Positions 53,531 to 64,000 of a DNA stretch of 64,000 nt are shown here, one piece after another. Under the pieces are notes generated by a model that saw only the letters and a program-made list of their open reading frames with translations, had not been told where the DNA came from and ran no database searches. Where the stretch lies: contig NC_043012.1 in the NCBI RefSeq assembly GCF_006345805.1, positions 43,462,001 to 43,526,000 on the forward strand. Direction: 5' to 3'. The translations under genes were made by a program, and so were the position numbers. Origin of the DNA: Octopus sinensis. Its lineage: Eukaryota. The first letter of the stretch is position 1; each line of letters begins with the position of its first letter.

Positions 53531-54942
53531 GTGGGAAAAATTAGACGGAATAATTAGAAACTTAGAAGAGGCATTAGAAAAAGTATCACACCCGACGTGC
53601 TTGCAGCTGAATTTGCCTTTGACCAATTTCTCAACGCGAAGAACAAAGGCTGCTTCGCCAGAGCTAAAAATGCGTAATCAAGGACCTGAAGGACCGAAAG
53701 CTGTTTAACGTGTTCATGGAGTAGAGATGTAAGGAGGCAATGCGTTTCTCATTATTGTATATGTTTGGAAGCAAAGTAGGTTATTATCACCTATTCTAAA
53801 TTATAATAATTTGTTGTTGTGGCAAGCGTAGAAGAAATAGTGAGCATCAAAAACATCAATTTCTCGATCCTTACAAAACTTAAGTTCACAGTTGTAAGGA
53901 TTTTGTCATTATATTTTGACTTTAATTCTATTGCATGAATGTTGCATAACTGAAATGTTCATTTATAAATATTCATTTTGTTATTTAAGAAAATACATGT
54001 ATGTGAGCACATTAATTAATAACGTTCTTCCTTTTTACTTAATGTTCATTGGCAATGTTTTTCGTTTCTACACAATCATCGGTTTTCCTCAATAAAGGAG
54101 TGGTGAAACTGCACGAGTAGCAAATGGTAACAATGTCTGAGAAATAAAAAAAAAGATGGTGCTCCAGTGTGTACTGGGTCACCATGGCCCAAATTAACTA
54201 GTACCTCAAAGAACTGGATGGGAATGAAAATTGAGTTGTGAATTTTCATCAACGATCACTTGTGTCCCGGATACGGAACTAATGAAACTTTCACTATCTG
54301 ATTTTTGTCGACAGAACATATATATTCCAAGCGATTGATATATCATCATATACATTCAAAACGATTTATCATCGTTCCTTTCCTTAGAGACGAGTTTATA
54401 TTTTGTTCGTCTTAGAAAGATATCAATAACTGACATATTAATAGTTACTTTGTATATTACAACTTCAAATTATAAAAAGTCATCTATTACAATGATTTAG
54501 TTTATATTAAGAGGTCTCGGACATTAGGGTTTTTAACTTGAAATGAAGGAAGCTACCTATTTGTCTTATAAATGAATGTATTGCATAATTTCTCTTCTGA
54601 TTATTTCCCTAAACATTACCAAAACATCATTTTGACCATATGCTAATGTAAGAAATGGAATTCACTTAAGGAAGATAATCGTTGAAACATCTTGCAACTC
54701 ATTTCTTGATAAATAATTGTTATATGCATAATTAAATCTCAGAATGAGATTGAAACAGTAATCGCTCGATAATGTAAAGTATAGAAGCCATCTTATCAGG
54801 GCTAACCACATTGGGGAGGGGGTGTTACTGTAGCTTTATAGCCCCAAGAGATCTTCGTCTCTAGCTGGCTTTAGATACAATATCTGTGTCCTTGGAGTAT
54901 TTGCAAAGAGAGGCCATCCCTTCCTCGCAAGCCTGAGTGATA

Positions 54943-54985
54943 CGCTCGAACTAGTTTCGGGATTGTTGTCCCTCGTCAACGGGCG
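54943..54985 (-). ncRNA. Minimal hammerhead motif, left-arm copy
   Basis: Exact reverse complement of 55256-55298. Confidence 0.7.
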
Positions 54986-55255
54986 GTAACCACCAGGTAG
55001 CGATGAAAGTGAAGGCTCCTTTACAAATATATATAAGTTTTTCTAATGGCGTCTGTCACTGATGTCGAAAAACGAACAATAAGCATAATTAAATCTCAGA
55101 ATGAGATTGAAACAGTAATCGCTCGATAATGTAATCTCATTCTGAGATTTAATTATGCTTATTGTTCGTTTTTCGACATCAGTGGCAGACGCCATTAGAA
55201 AAACTTATATATATTTGTAAAGGAGCCTTCACTTTCATCGCTACCTGGTGGTTAC

Positions 55256-55298
55256 CGCCCGTTGACGAGGGACAACAATCCCGAAACTAGTTCGAGCG
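55256..55298 (+). ncRNA. Minimal hammerhead motif (C3U core variant, GUU cleavage triplet), right-arm copy
   Basis: CGCCCG-UUGACGA-GGGA-caacaa-UCCC-GAAAC-UA-GUU/CGAGCG; palindromic AACUAGUU helix III. Confidence 0.7.
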
Positions 55299-55649
55299 TA
55301 TCACTCAGGCTTGCGAGGAAGGGATGGCCTCCCTTTGCAAATACTCCAAGGACACAGATATTATGTCTAAAGCCAGCTAGAGACGAAGATCTCTTGGGGC
55401 TATAAAGCTACAGTAACACCCCCTCCCCAATGTGGTTAGCCATGATAAGATGGCTTCTATACTTTACATTAATTGTTATATGTTTGTGGTATATGGAAAC
55501 TGTTAGAACAGGTACAGATTTTATTCAGAAAATATATGTTGCTTTTCCTTCTGTTTCTGTTTTACTTCTCGTCGTGGGTATGAAAAGAAGGTATTATTTA
55601 AAAAAACAATGTCTTACTTAAGTAACTTATATGTTGCGAGGTAATTATT

Positions 55650-56640
55650 TTGCACATGAATGGCAGTTTTGACATTATTATCGATTCTCCAGAGGAAATA
55701 CTATACCTTCGTGTTATCTTTCTGTTCGTTGTACTCAGTCCGTGAGATTAGTGTATTTTCTCGAACTCTTGAGAGCTTCCAACGTCACATCCTTTTCGGA
55801 AGTACCTGTTTCAAACGTAGTGACATTGTCATGACTAGGATCCTACATCAAATTAGAAATATCAAAAATGTACTTCCTACACAGCATTGGAGAATATGCT
55901 TCTTGCTTCTGAACAAATTTGTCTTAACATTATCTATTTTCTCCATCTCACTTGTGTATTCGTTGCATTCATCGTCCCTTTTATTATTGGATCTTTTAAA
56001 AAATACAATTGTAGGTACGACAACTACCGTTGGTTTGAGTAGTCATAGAACAATTTTGAGTCTGTGTTATAGAAACGACTGCAATATTTTACACAAGCTT
56101 GCAGTATCTCTGATGAGAGTATCTAAGTCTTGGTTGCGTCGACGTATTCAATGAACACTACGCAAAAGAGGTTTCTTGGCATTATGAAGGGGCTTAAGTT
56201 GATGTCCTAGCATTGTTTCTTTTACCACAGCCTCATCCTTGTCGGTTTCTATGTAACTCTGTTCTAGTTTGTTTTGTACTCAAGGAACAAAATCAAATAA
56301 GCTAAAGTTTTTTTTCTGGTGATTTGTAGACATATTACCGCAACGCTTCAACTCAATAGTAAGGACTTTGATTTTGTGATCTCTTGACCTTGTCGTAGCA
56401 TCTATAACAGAACCACTGTCTCCATACTTATGAAGTGGATGATCGACTACTAGCACAGACCATGTATTGTGGGTTCCTTGTTAACTTTCAATATGTGAGT
56501 GTCTCAATAGCAGAAAAACACCACGATGTATTTGTTTCGAATTAAAATATGTAACTTTGACAGCGCTGCTCCTGAAATGGGCTATTGTTTCTAACACCGA
56601 GAACTACCATATCCTTCTTTTGACAGTACTCTTTTTTTCT
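55650..56640 (-). mobile_element. Heavily decayed RTE-like LINE fragment
   Basis: Weak minus-strand motifs (KDVTLEALKS, GIVFPL...CQNC). Confidence 0.35.
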
Positions 56641-56961
56641 TTTGGTTTTTAGGGCAAAATATTGAAATCATTGATGTACATTGGATCATTGTAAAAGAGC
56701 TCCATTTATAACTCCAGTACATCTTCATAAAATATATTTATTGCAAGAAAATATAGAGACTGCTTAAAGTCTCTATCTATATCATAATTATTTTTGCTTC
56801 AATAACGATGATTTCAGCTGTGAAAACATTCCCTTTAATCGAATGCCGGCTTTAGAGTAATCTCATATATTATATTTATGTGCGTGTGTGTGTGCGTGCG
56901 TGTGTGTGTGCGTGTGCTTATATAGGTACCTATACATACACACATGCCTACACAGATATGT

Positions 56962-56992
<31 letters not shown>

Positions 56993-57225
56993 CATATAAA
57001 TGTAATATGTGACAATTATTCGGTAAAACTCCGAGTTTCGGATGCCGGGGTGGAAATACACACCGCCATCTCTTCAGTTATCCGGCCATCGGAAAAAATG
57101 CATGTTACAAGTAAATGTTATATGTGGAGATATATTTGTAGAAAATAGGAATAAGCGGTCTTTGACTGCTATTTCTAACTTTTCTGTATGTGGTTAAGCA
57201 ACTTCTTGCTTAACCCTATTTACAT

Positions 57226-57351
<126 letters not shown>

Positions 57352-57409
57352 AAGAACTTTTTGTAAAGGTTCCTACCGATAATGGTTAGATTTCCATACC
57401 GAAACTATC

Positions 57410-57736
57410 TTTTACTCTTACTCTTTTACTTGTTTCAGCCATTTGACTGCGGCCATGCTGGAGCACCGCCTTTAGTCGAGCAAATCGACCCCGGGACTTA
57501 TTCTTTGTAAGACCAGTACTTATTCTATCGGTCTCTTTTGCCGAACCGCTAAGTGACGGGGACGTAAACACACCAGCATCGGTTGTCAAGCAATGCTAGG
57601 GGACAAACACAGATACACAAACACACACATACATATATATATATGTATACGACAGGCTTCTTTCAGTTTCCGTCTACCAAATCCACTCACAAGGCATTGG
57701 TCGGCCCGGGGCTATAGCAGAAGACACTTGCCCAAG
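57410..57736 (-). mobile_element. CORE-like tRNA SINE with internal microsatellite, head replaced by a PLE
   Basis: Reverse-complement homolog of 44300-44640; ends at CTTGCCCAAG, where PLE sequence begins. Confidence 0.88.
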
Positions 57737-59351
57737 CATCTGCTCTCTCCCCACGAACTCGCCCTGCAGTCTCCCGCCTCCCTTTTCCCCTCACCTACCA
57801 CCCCACCACCCTACCTCTCCAACGCACCATTCTCCAAGCTTTCCGGCATCTCCAGTCCGACCCGTCCACTTCACACATCTTCCCTAACCCTCCCCTCCTT
57901 CAAACGAGCCCACAACCTACGAGACCTCTTGGTCCACAGCTTCTTCCCCAACCCCACCTCCCAACCTGGTTCGTTCCTTTGCTCCCGCCCACGCTGCCGT
58001 ACTTGCTCTTACCTCTGTAACAGCAGCTTCCTCACTGGCAGCCATCATCGACCCTATCGCATCACCGACTCCTTCACCTGCACCTCTACCAATATCATCT
58101 ATTGCATCTCCTGCTTTCTCTGCCATTCTCTGTACATCGGACAAACGGGACGCCGCTTGGCTGACCGGTTCGCAGAACACCTCCGAGACATCCGACTCAG
58201 CAATGACACCCCGATCTCACGCCATTTCTGCTCTACCGGTCACTCTTTGCAACACCTGTCCATGTTCGGATTGTCCTTGCCCAGAGGCCATCCGGATCCC
58301 GTTTGCGCCGTGAACAGGGATTAATCTTCTCTCTTCGCTCCTTTATGCCATTTGGGCTCAACTCTCCTCCCCTCTTCATCTAACCTTCTCTCCTTGCCTC
58401 TCTCCTCCTCCCTCCTACTTCCTCCCACCCCCTCTCTTGCTCCAACTCCTACTTCTCTTCACTCCTACTCTCTTTCTCTCTTTCTCTCTTACTTTGTCTC
58501 TTCTCTCTTACTCTCTTACTCTCTTTCTCTCTTCTCCCTTACTCTTTCACTCTCTCTTTCTCCCTTCTCTCTTACTCTCTTTCTCTTTTCTCTCTTCTCT
58601 CTTACTCTCTCTCTCTTCTCACATACCCACCTTCCTCTTCCCCCTTCATCGTCAACCGTCCCCCATAAGACCACCCCATCCCTACACATTCCTATTCCAC
58701 CTTCCCTATCCTTCCTATCCCCCCTCCCATCCCTTACACACTCTCTCACCCCACCTCTAGCCCCATCCTCTGCCTACCCACAATCTCCACCTCTACCCCC
58801 ACCCTCTACCTACCCACATACCCCAACTCTACCCCAACCCTCAGCCTAACCCGCACCCCATCCATGCTTTCCCCACTCTCGCCTCCCCCACCCCAACAAC
58901 ATCACACCACACCACACCACACTACACCTTCCTACACTACACATCACATCACAACACACCACCCACACACCAGCACTGACCAATTCCCATCCCCACATTT
59001 TCACACCTACACATACACACACTCACACGTCAAGACCACCAGCCCTCTTTCACACGCACATAATACTCTCTTATACACACACGCACTTTCGTGTTGGGAG
59101 TTATCTTTACTTTGTTATCTCCCCTACTTCTTCGCTCTCCTGTGTGACCCTTCTGTCCGGCAGTCGCCATGATCGGTAGCCAATACACGCATTTTTTCTC
59201 TTTTTCTCTCCTTGTTTTTTCTGTGTCCTTTCTGTAGAAGAGCGTAGGCTCGAAACGTAAACGACTTTTTCAATTTCCAGAGCGTTATACTAATACATCT
59301 GTTTGTTCTATACACAACCTATCTTCGTCTTTTATTTTTTCGTGAACTCTA

Positions 59352-59352
<1 letters not shown>
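57737..59352 (+). mobile_element. 5'-truncated Neptune-like PLE: linker plus GIY-YIG (to 58383), pyrimidine-rich 3' region, pseudo-LTR ending at (TA)n
   Basis: RAHNLRDLLVHS, CSRPRCRTC, FTCTSTNIIYCISC..C..LYIGQTGRRLADRFAEHLRD and FSLRSFMPFGLN motifs. Confidence 0.9.
59225..59265 (+). ncRNA. Hammerhead-like motif with non-canonical core (CUGUAGA) in a PLE pseudo-LTR
   Basis: GUCCUUU-CUGUAGA-A-GAGC-guag-GCUC-GAAAC-GUA/AACGAC. Confidence 0.55.
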
Positions 59353-59398
<46 letters not shown>

Positions 59399-61154
59399 GA
59401 CTGGATTTCACAGTCTCCATTGTCCAAATTTCACTTCCTAGGTACTGATAAACTCGAAACGATGGTAAAATTCACGTGTTCATGTTACCGTGTCGTGAGA
59501 TGAAACAACACGAAGCCATGTCTCTGTACTTAGTCAAAAACAATCAAACTGTTCTGGTTCATTTTTTTTTTCATTTTATCGTTTAGTCAGGAAAAACCAG
59601 GCAGTCTCCAAAAGTTGTGTTATGAAGACCTGGTCAGAATGCTTGCCACAGGGTGAACGCCGTTAAAGTACTCAAAATCTAATTAATGGTGATAAACTCG
59701 GCGACAAATTAAGTTTGGGTTTTGAACTTACGGCGGCAGAGAGTCGAAACAAATGCCACAAGATATCCTGTCCAGCGCTCTAATTGACTGTTGAAGACTA
59801 CTACTTTATTTATCGACACCAGGAGGCTGAAAATATTTAAAAGTTGACTTCGACTAGTTTTAAGTTCAGAATAAAGAAGTCAGAACAAATAGAGCGAGTC
59901 ATTTCCTCTGATGCTCGGATACTTCTGTCTTTATCTGTAATAAAAGTATTCAAAACTGCCAAAGAAATATTATTATTGCTTACAAACAAGGGAATATTTG
60001 TCTCATGTACAGTTTCGTTCTCCCATTCTCTTTTCTCTCTCATATGGGAAATATTGAGTCTATTATTATGCTAGTTATTATTTATGTTCAGCAAGAGAAG
60101 AAAGAGAGAGAGAGAGAGGCGTGAGAAAGAGAGAGACAGAGAGAGATAGAGAAAGTAATTGAGTGAGATAGGGAGAGAGGGAGAAACGAAAATCAACTTG
60201 AGAATGCTTTATGTTCTTACAATTCTACACAAGTGATCAAACTTCATATGAAAACTACTTCCACATATCGCAATTCATTCAATGGAGGCTAAATGACTTT
60301 TTTAATTTTAATTTTATTTTCACACGAATAAACGAAGATTTATTGTCTTCTCATTCAGAACATGAATTGATTATTAATGTAAATTCGTTTACTATAAAAG
60401 TAAACAAATCGATAGATGCTTATTTGAATCGGAGTGGATCAGAACGTACATAAAAAGTTCTATAAACAATATATTACCATATATTTCTACCGTTATGTTT
60501 TAGTTCTTTGAAGTATATCTGATTTACTAAGACGATTTGCAAAGCAAAAATAATGAAAATTTCTTTTATAGACTTGAAAAATATTTAAAAAATTTATAAA
60601 TTTGAAAACTACTATTGTTGTAGATAATGTATATTTTTAAAGCTTTTGCTATCAAGGGTGTATCCACCACAGTTCTTGCCTGTAAAATATTTCTTTTTTT
60701 GTCTTCGGAAGGAAGACAGATTAAGTAAGCCGTGTAAAACCAAAGTAATCTACACACATACATACGCACATACGCGCGCGCGCACACACACAGACACACA
60801 CAGACACACATGTGTTCATACACACACTCGCACGCGCACAAAAACGCACAATAGCTTCGTATTGCATCTATGTTCATAATTATTTTCGTAATGAGTTTTC
60901 TTTATAGACACAATCATGGCTGCGTGGTTAAAAGTTCGGTGCTTAAGGGTTCAGTATTAGTACAAGACTGGGCAAATATATTCTACTATAACTCCCTTGC
61001 GAGCGAATTCGATTGACGTGAACATCCACCTAAGAGCAAATCTCAGACGACTCTCAGCTTTTGATATAATAAACATACATTTATCTCCGATATCTAACGT
61101 ATGGAGTTCTATATCGATGTTTGCGCTATGTAAAATATATTTCAATATACATTA

Positions 61155-61725
61155 GGGCGGCGAGCTGGCGGAAACGTTACCATGACTGGCAAAGTGCTTA
61201 GCAATATTTCGTCCGTCTTTACGTTCTGAGTTCAAAGATCGCTGGAGTCGACTTTACCTTTCATCCTTTCAGGATCGATAAAATAAGTACATGTTGAGCC
61301 TTGGGGTCTATAAAATCGGCTTAATATACCCCTAAATTGCTTGCCTTGTTTCAAAATTTGAGATCAATATGCCTTACAGCTCTTTCCAACGTTCTGAGTT
61401 CAAATGTCGCTGGAGTCGACTTTCATTCCTTTGATGTCGACAAAATAAATACAGTTTGAATAGTGTGTCCATGTAATCGACTTGCCCTTGCCCAAATGTC
61501 TGACCTTGTGTCAAAATTTGAAACCAATCTACCTGACTAAGGGCAGGGAGCTGACAGAATCGTTACCGGCATCTCGTCCTTCATTACGATTTAAGTTCAA
61601 ATTCCGCCGAGGTCGACTTTGCCTTTCACCCTTTTAGGTACCAGTTGAACACTGAGGTCGATGTAATCGACTTACGTCTCTGCCCCGAAATTGGTGCCTT
61701 GTGCCAACATTTGAAACCAATATAC
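61155..61725 (+). mobile_element. Three head-to-tail SINE monomers
   Basis: Repeated GTTCTGAGTTCAAA...GTCGACTTT...GCCTTGTGTCAAAATTTGAAACCAAT-type units. Confidence 0.8.
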
Positions 61726-61746
61726 CTTACGGTTCTTACTTCACGA

Positions 61747-61787
<41 letters not shown>

Positions 61788-61970
61788 ACACATGCGTGTA
61801 TGTATGTTTGTCTCTCACTGATTGACAACATATTATGGCTTATTTAAGTATTTGTTACTTAACAAAAAGAGACGGTGTTGGTTTGGTCGACTAAAACATG
61901 TTCAAAGACTGAAACAAGTAAATAAGTATTCTTTCCTTGTAATGATCATGATCATCGGAATATTTCTAGA

Positions 61971-62016
<46 letters not shown>

Positions 62017-62595
62017 AAAATCTTTCATTGCTGTGGCTGCGGATTCGAAGAGAAATGAGATAGTGAATGAACAGAGAAACTAAGGAACTTTTATAAGTAT
62101 GAATGTTACCTGCAAGATGTCACCTAGGTTTGCCTCTTTTATTACCACGAACATAACCATCTAATGGAATTTATATATTCTGTTGTATCCGAAGTTATGT
62201 TCCAAAAACGAAATTTATCTATTTTTAAAAATAATTTTCAATGGTTTGCTGATTTAAATGCTGATTACTGTAGTTATTTGTAATTATTTGTGAATGATAA
62301 GCGTTAGTAATTAAAATGAATTCAACTTTCCCGAAAATACTTCGCGCATTTAAATTTACTGTAAAGTGACTATAACGGAAAATACATCGAAGATTTTCTC
62401 AGTTCCAATTATATGCTGACGCTTACTTTGACAATAATCTAAAATATCTTTTAAAAAACCTGGAGATTAGCAAACCTGTCTATTTTGAAGAGAATGCAAA
62501 TATAGAGAATACGTAAACTAATTGCACAGACAAGTTGACGTTTTGGCTTAACCTTTTATAGCCTATTTACACTATGTCGGATTTCAGTCAATCTA

Positions 62596-63891
62596 TCCGG
62601 TCATCCCATAAGTTCTGTTCGATTTTACCTTTTTTAAAATTGAATGAAATTTAATAGTATTTTAGAATGTCTAATGGAATTTAAAATTATTTTTATGCAT
62701 TTGTGTACATTTAAACTAATTGAATATTATTTTACAGGATAGAATTAAAATTTCTTTGATTAAAACCCTTTCTAACATGGAAGTATTCAAAGAGCATTTA
62801 AGGCACATAATGCTTTATGAGTAAAAAAAAAGGAAACTCTGCAGCCGAAGCAACTCGAAACATACACTCAGTTTATGGGAAAGAAAGCTTGAATGAAAGA
62901 ACTTGCAGAAGATGGTTTGCAAAATTCAGAAGTGGAGATTTCAGCCTTGAAGATGAAGATCGAACAGGGCCTCCAGTTGAGTTTGATGATAAGCTCCTTG
63001 AGGCATTACTTGAAGAAAATCCTGCATTATCAGTGGAAGTATTGGCAATAAAGCTTAGTTAAAACCATACAACTGTTCATCGTCATCTTCAACAACTTGG
63101 AAAGGTTCCTAATCTTGAAAAATGGGTGTCTCATGAATTGTCTGAAAGCAACCACAAATTCCGAGTTGACATCTGCTTTTCTCCCCATTCTCGTGAACTC
63201 ATTTCACGCTTTTTGGGTGAAATGATTTCACGAGACTTGTAACTGGTGACGAAAAACAGATCTATCGAAATGTTAAACGTCGTAAACAGTGGCTTGGTAA
63301 AAGGGAAAAAGCTCAACCACGATCGAGACGGGAACTTCATGGGAAAAAGGTTCTTCTCTCTATCTGGTGGGATTGCAAAGGAGCAATTCACTTTGAATTG
63401 TTACCACCTAATGCAGCAATCAATGCTCAAGTCTACTGTCTGCAATTAGAGCATTTGAACCAAGCTTTGAAGAAAAGAAACCCTGCTTTAGTGAATCGAA
63501 AAGGAGTGATGTTTCATCAGGACAATGCGCGACCCACACTACAAAGATCACATCACAGATGATCGAAGAACTTGATTGGGAAAACTTCCTCATCCACCTC
63601 ATTCTCCCGACCTTGCTCCTTCAGACTACCATTTGTTTCGTAGTTTTACAGAATCATTTGGGGGACATAACTTTCGCAAGCCAGGAGGAGGTCGAAACAG
63701 ACATTTCAGATTTCTTCGCTTTGAAACGAAAAGGGTTTTACATTGATGGGATTAAAAAGCTTGTAAATAGATGGAAGGAAGTCATAAATAATCAAGAAAA
63801 GTACATTGATGATTAACTTTCAATTAAATATAACATTCGATCACTTGTTTTCCTTATTCAAAATTCGGATAGAACTTATGGGATGACCTGA
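62596..63891 (+). mobile_element. Full-length mariner (1296 bp), transposase pseudogene
   Basis: TA TSDs; TIR TC(C/A)GGTCATCCCATAAGTTCT; WFAKFRSGDFSLED, FHQDNARPH and SPDLAPSDYHLF motifs with frameshifts. Confidence 0.95.
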
Positions 63892-64000
63892 TATAATAGA
63901 AGCTTAATTATATGAATTCCCTAAATATAAAAAGTAGTCACTTGGATTAAAAAGAGCAACAAAGTCAAATGAGATCCATTGTCTTTATCTTTATCATACA

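Larger units (their letters stand above)
54727..55469. mobile_element. ORF-less fold-back element with 13-bp TSD and two oppositely oriented hammerheads (mini-PLE or retrozyme-like)
   Basis: TSD TAATTGTTATATG (54714-26, 55470-82); inverted arms 54770-55108 and 55133-55471; 52-bp direct repeat 54726-77 and 55083-134. Confidence 0.9.

Noticed and set aside
55660-56154. 164-aa plus-strand ORF as a host membrane protein
   Set aside because: No recognisable domain; it overlaps weak RTE-like motifs on the opposite strand and is likely an antisense artefact.
57593-58324. 243-aa ORF as a novel SINE-endonuclease fusion gene
   Set aside because: Chance in-frame join of an antisense SINE with a truncated PLE; the PLE frame shifts before its end.

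Overview
AT-rich eukaryotic DNA, most likely from an octopod cephalopod. This is inferred from the tRNA-derived SINE families, the microsatellite density and the TE repertoire, and is not database-confirmed. I found no intact host protein-coding gene; most ORFs in the supplied track are microsatellite or antisense artefacts. The window is a transposable-element graveyard: mariner and Tc1 DNA transposons (one near-complete IR-DR Tc1, two near-full-length mariners), an internally deleted Chapaev3-like transposon, a non-autonomous Helitron, R4/Dong, RTE, Tx1 and CR1/Jockey-like LINE fragments, several Penelope-like element (PLE) fragments and many SINEs. Two things stand out. First, several distinct type I hammerhead-ribozyme motifs occur in non-coding PLE-type repeats. 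The best case is a 743-bp ORF-less fold-back insertion (54727-55469) with a 13-bp target-site duplication, a circularly permuted 357-nt unit and one hammerhead on each strand. Second, there are repeated cases of local sequence copied into TE or minisatellite breakpoints, including a 352-bp inverted copy with no mismatch seen by eye.
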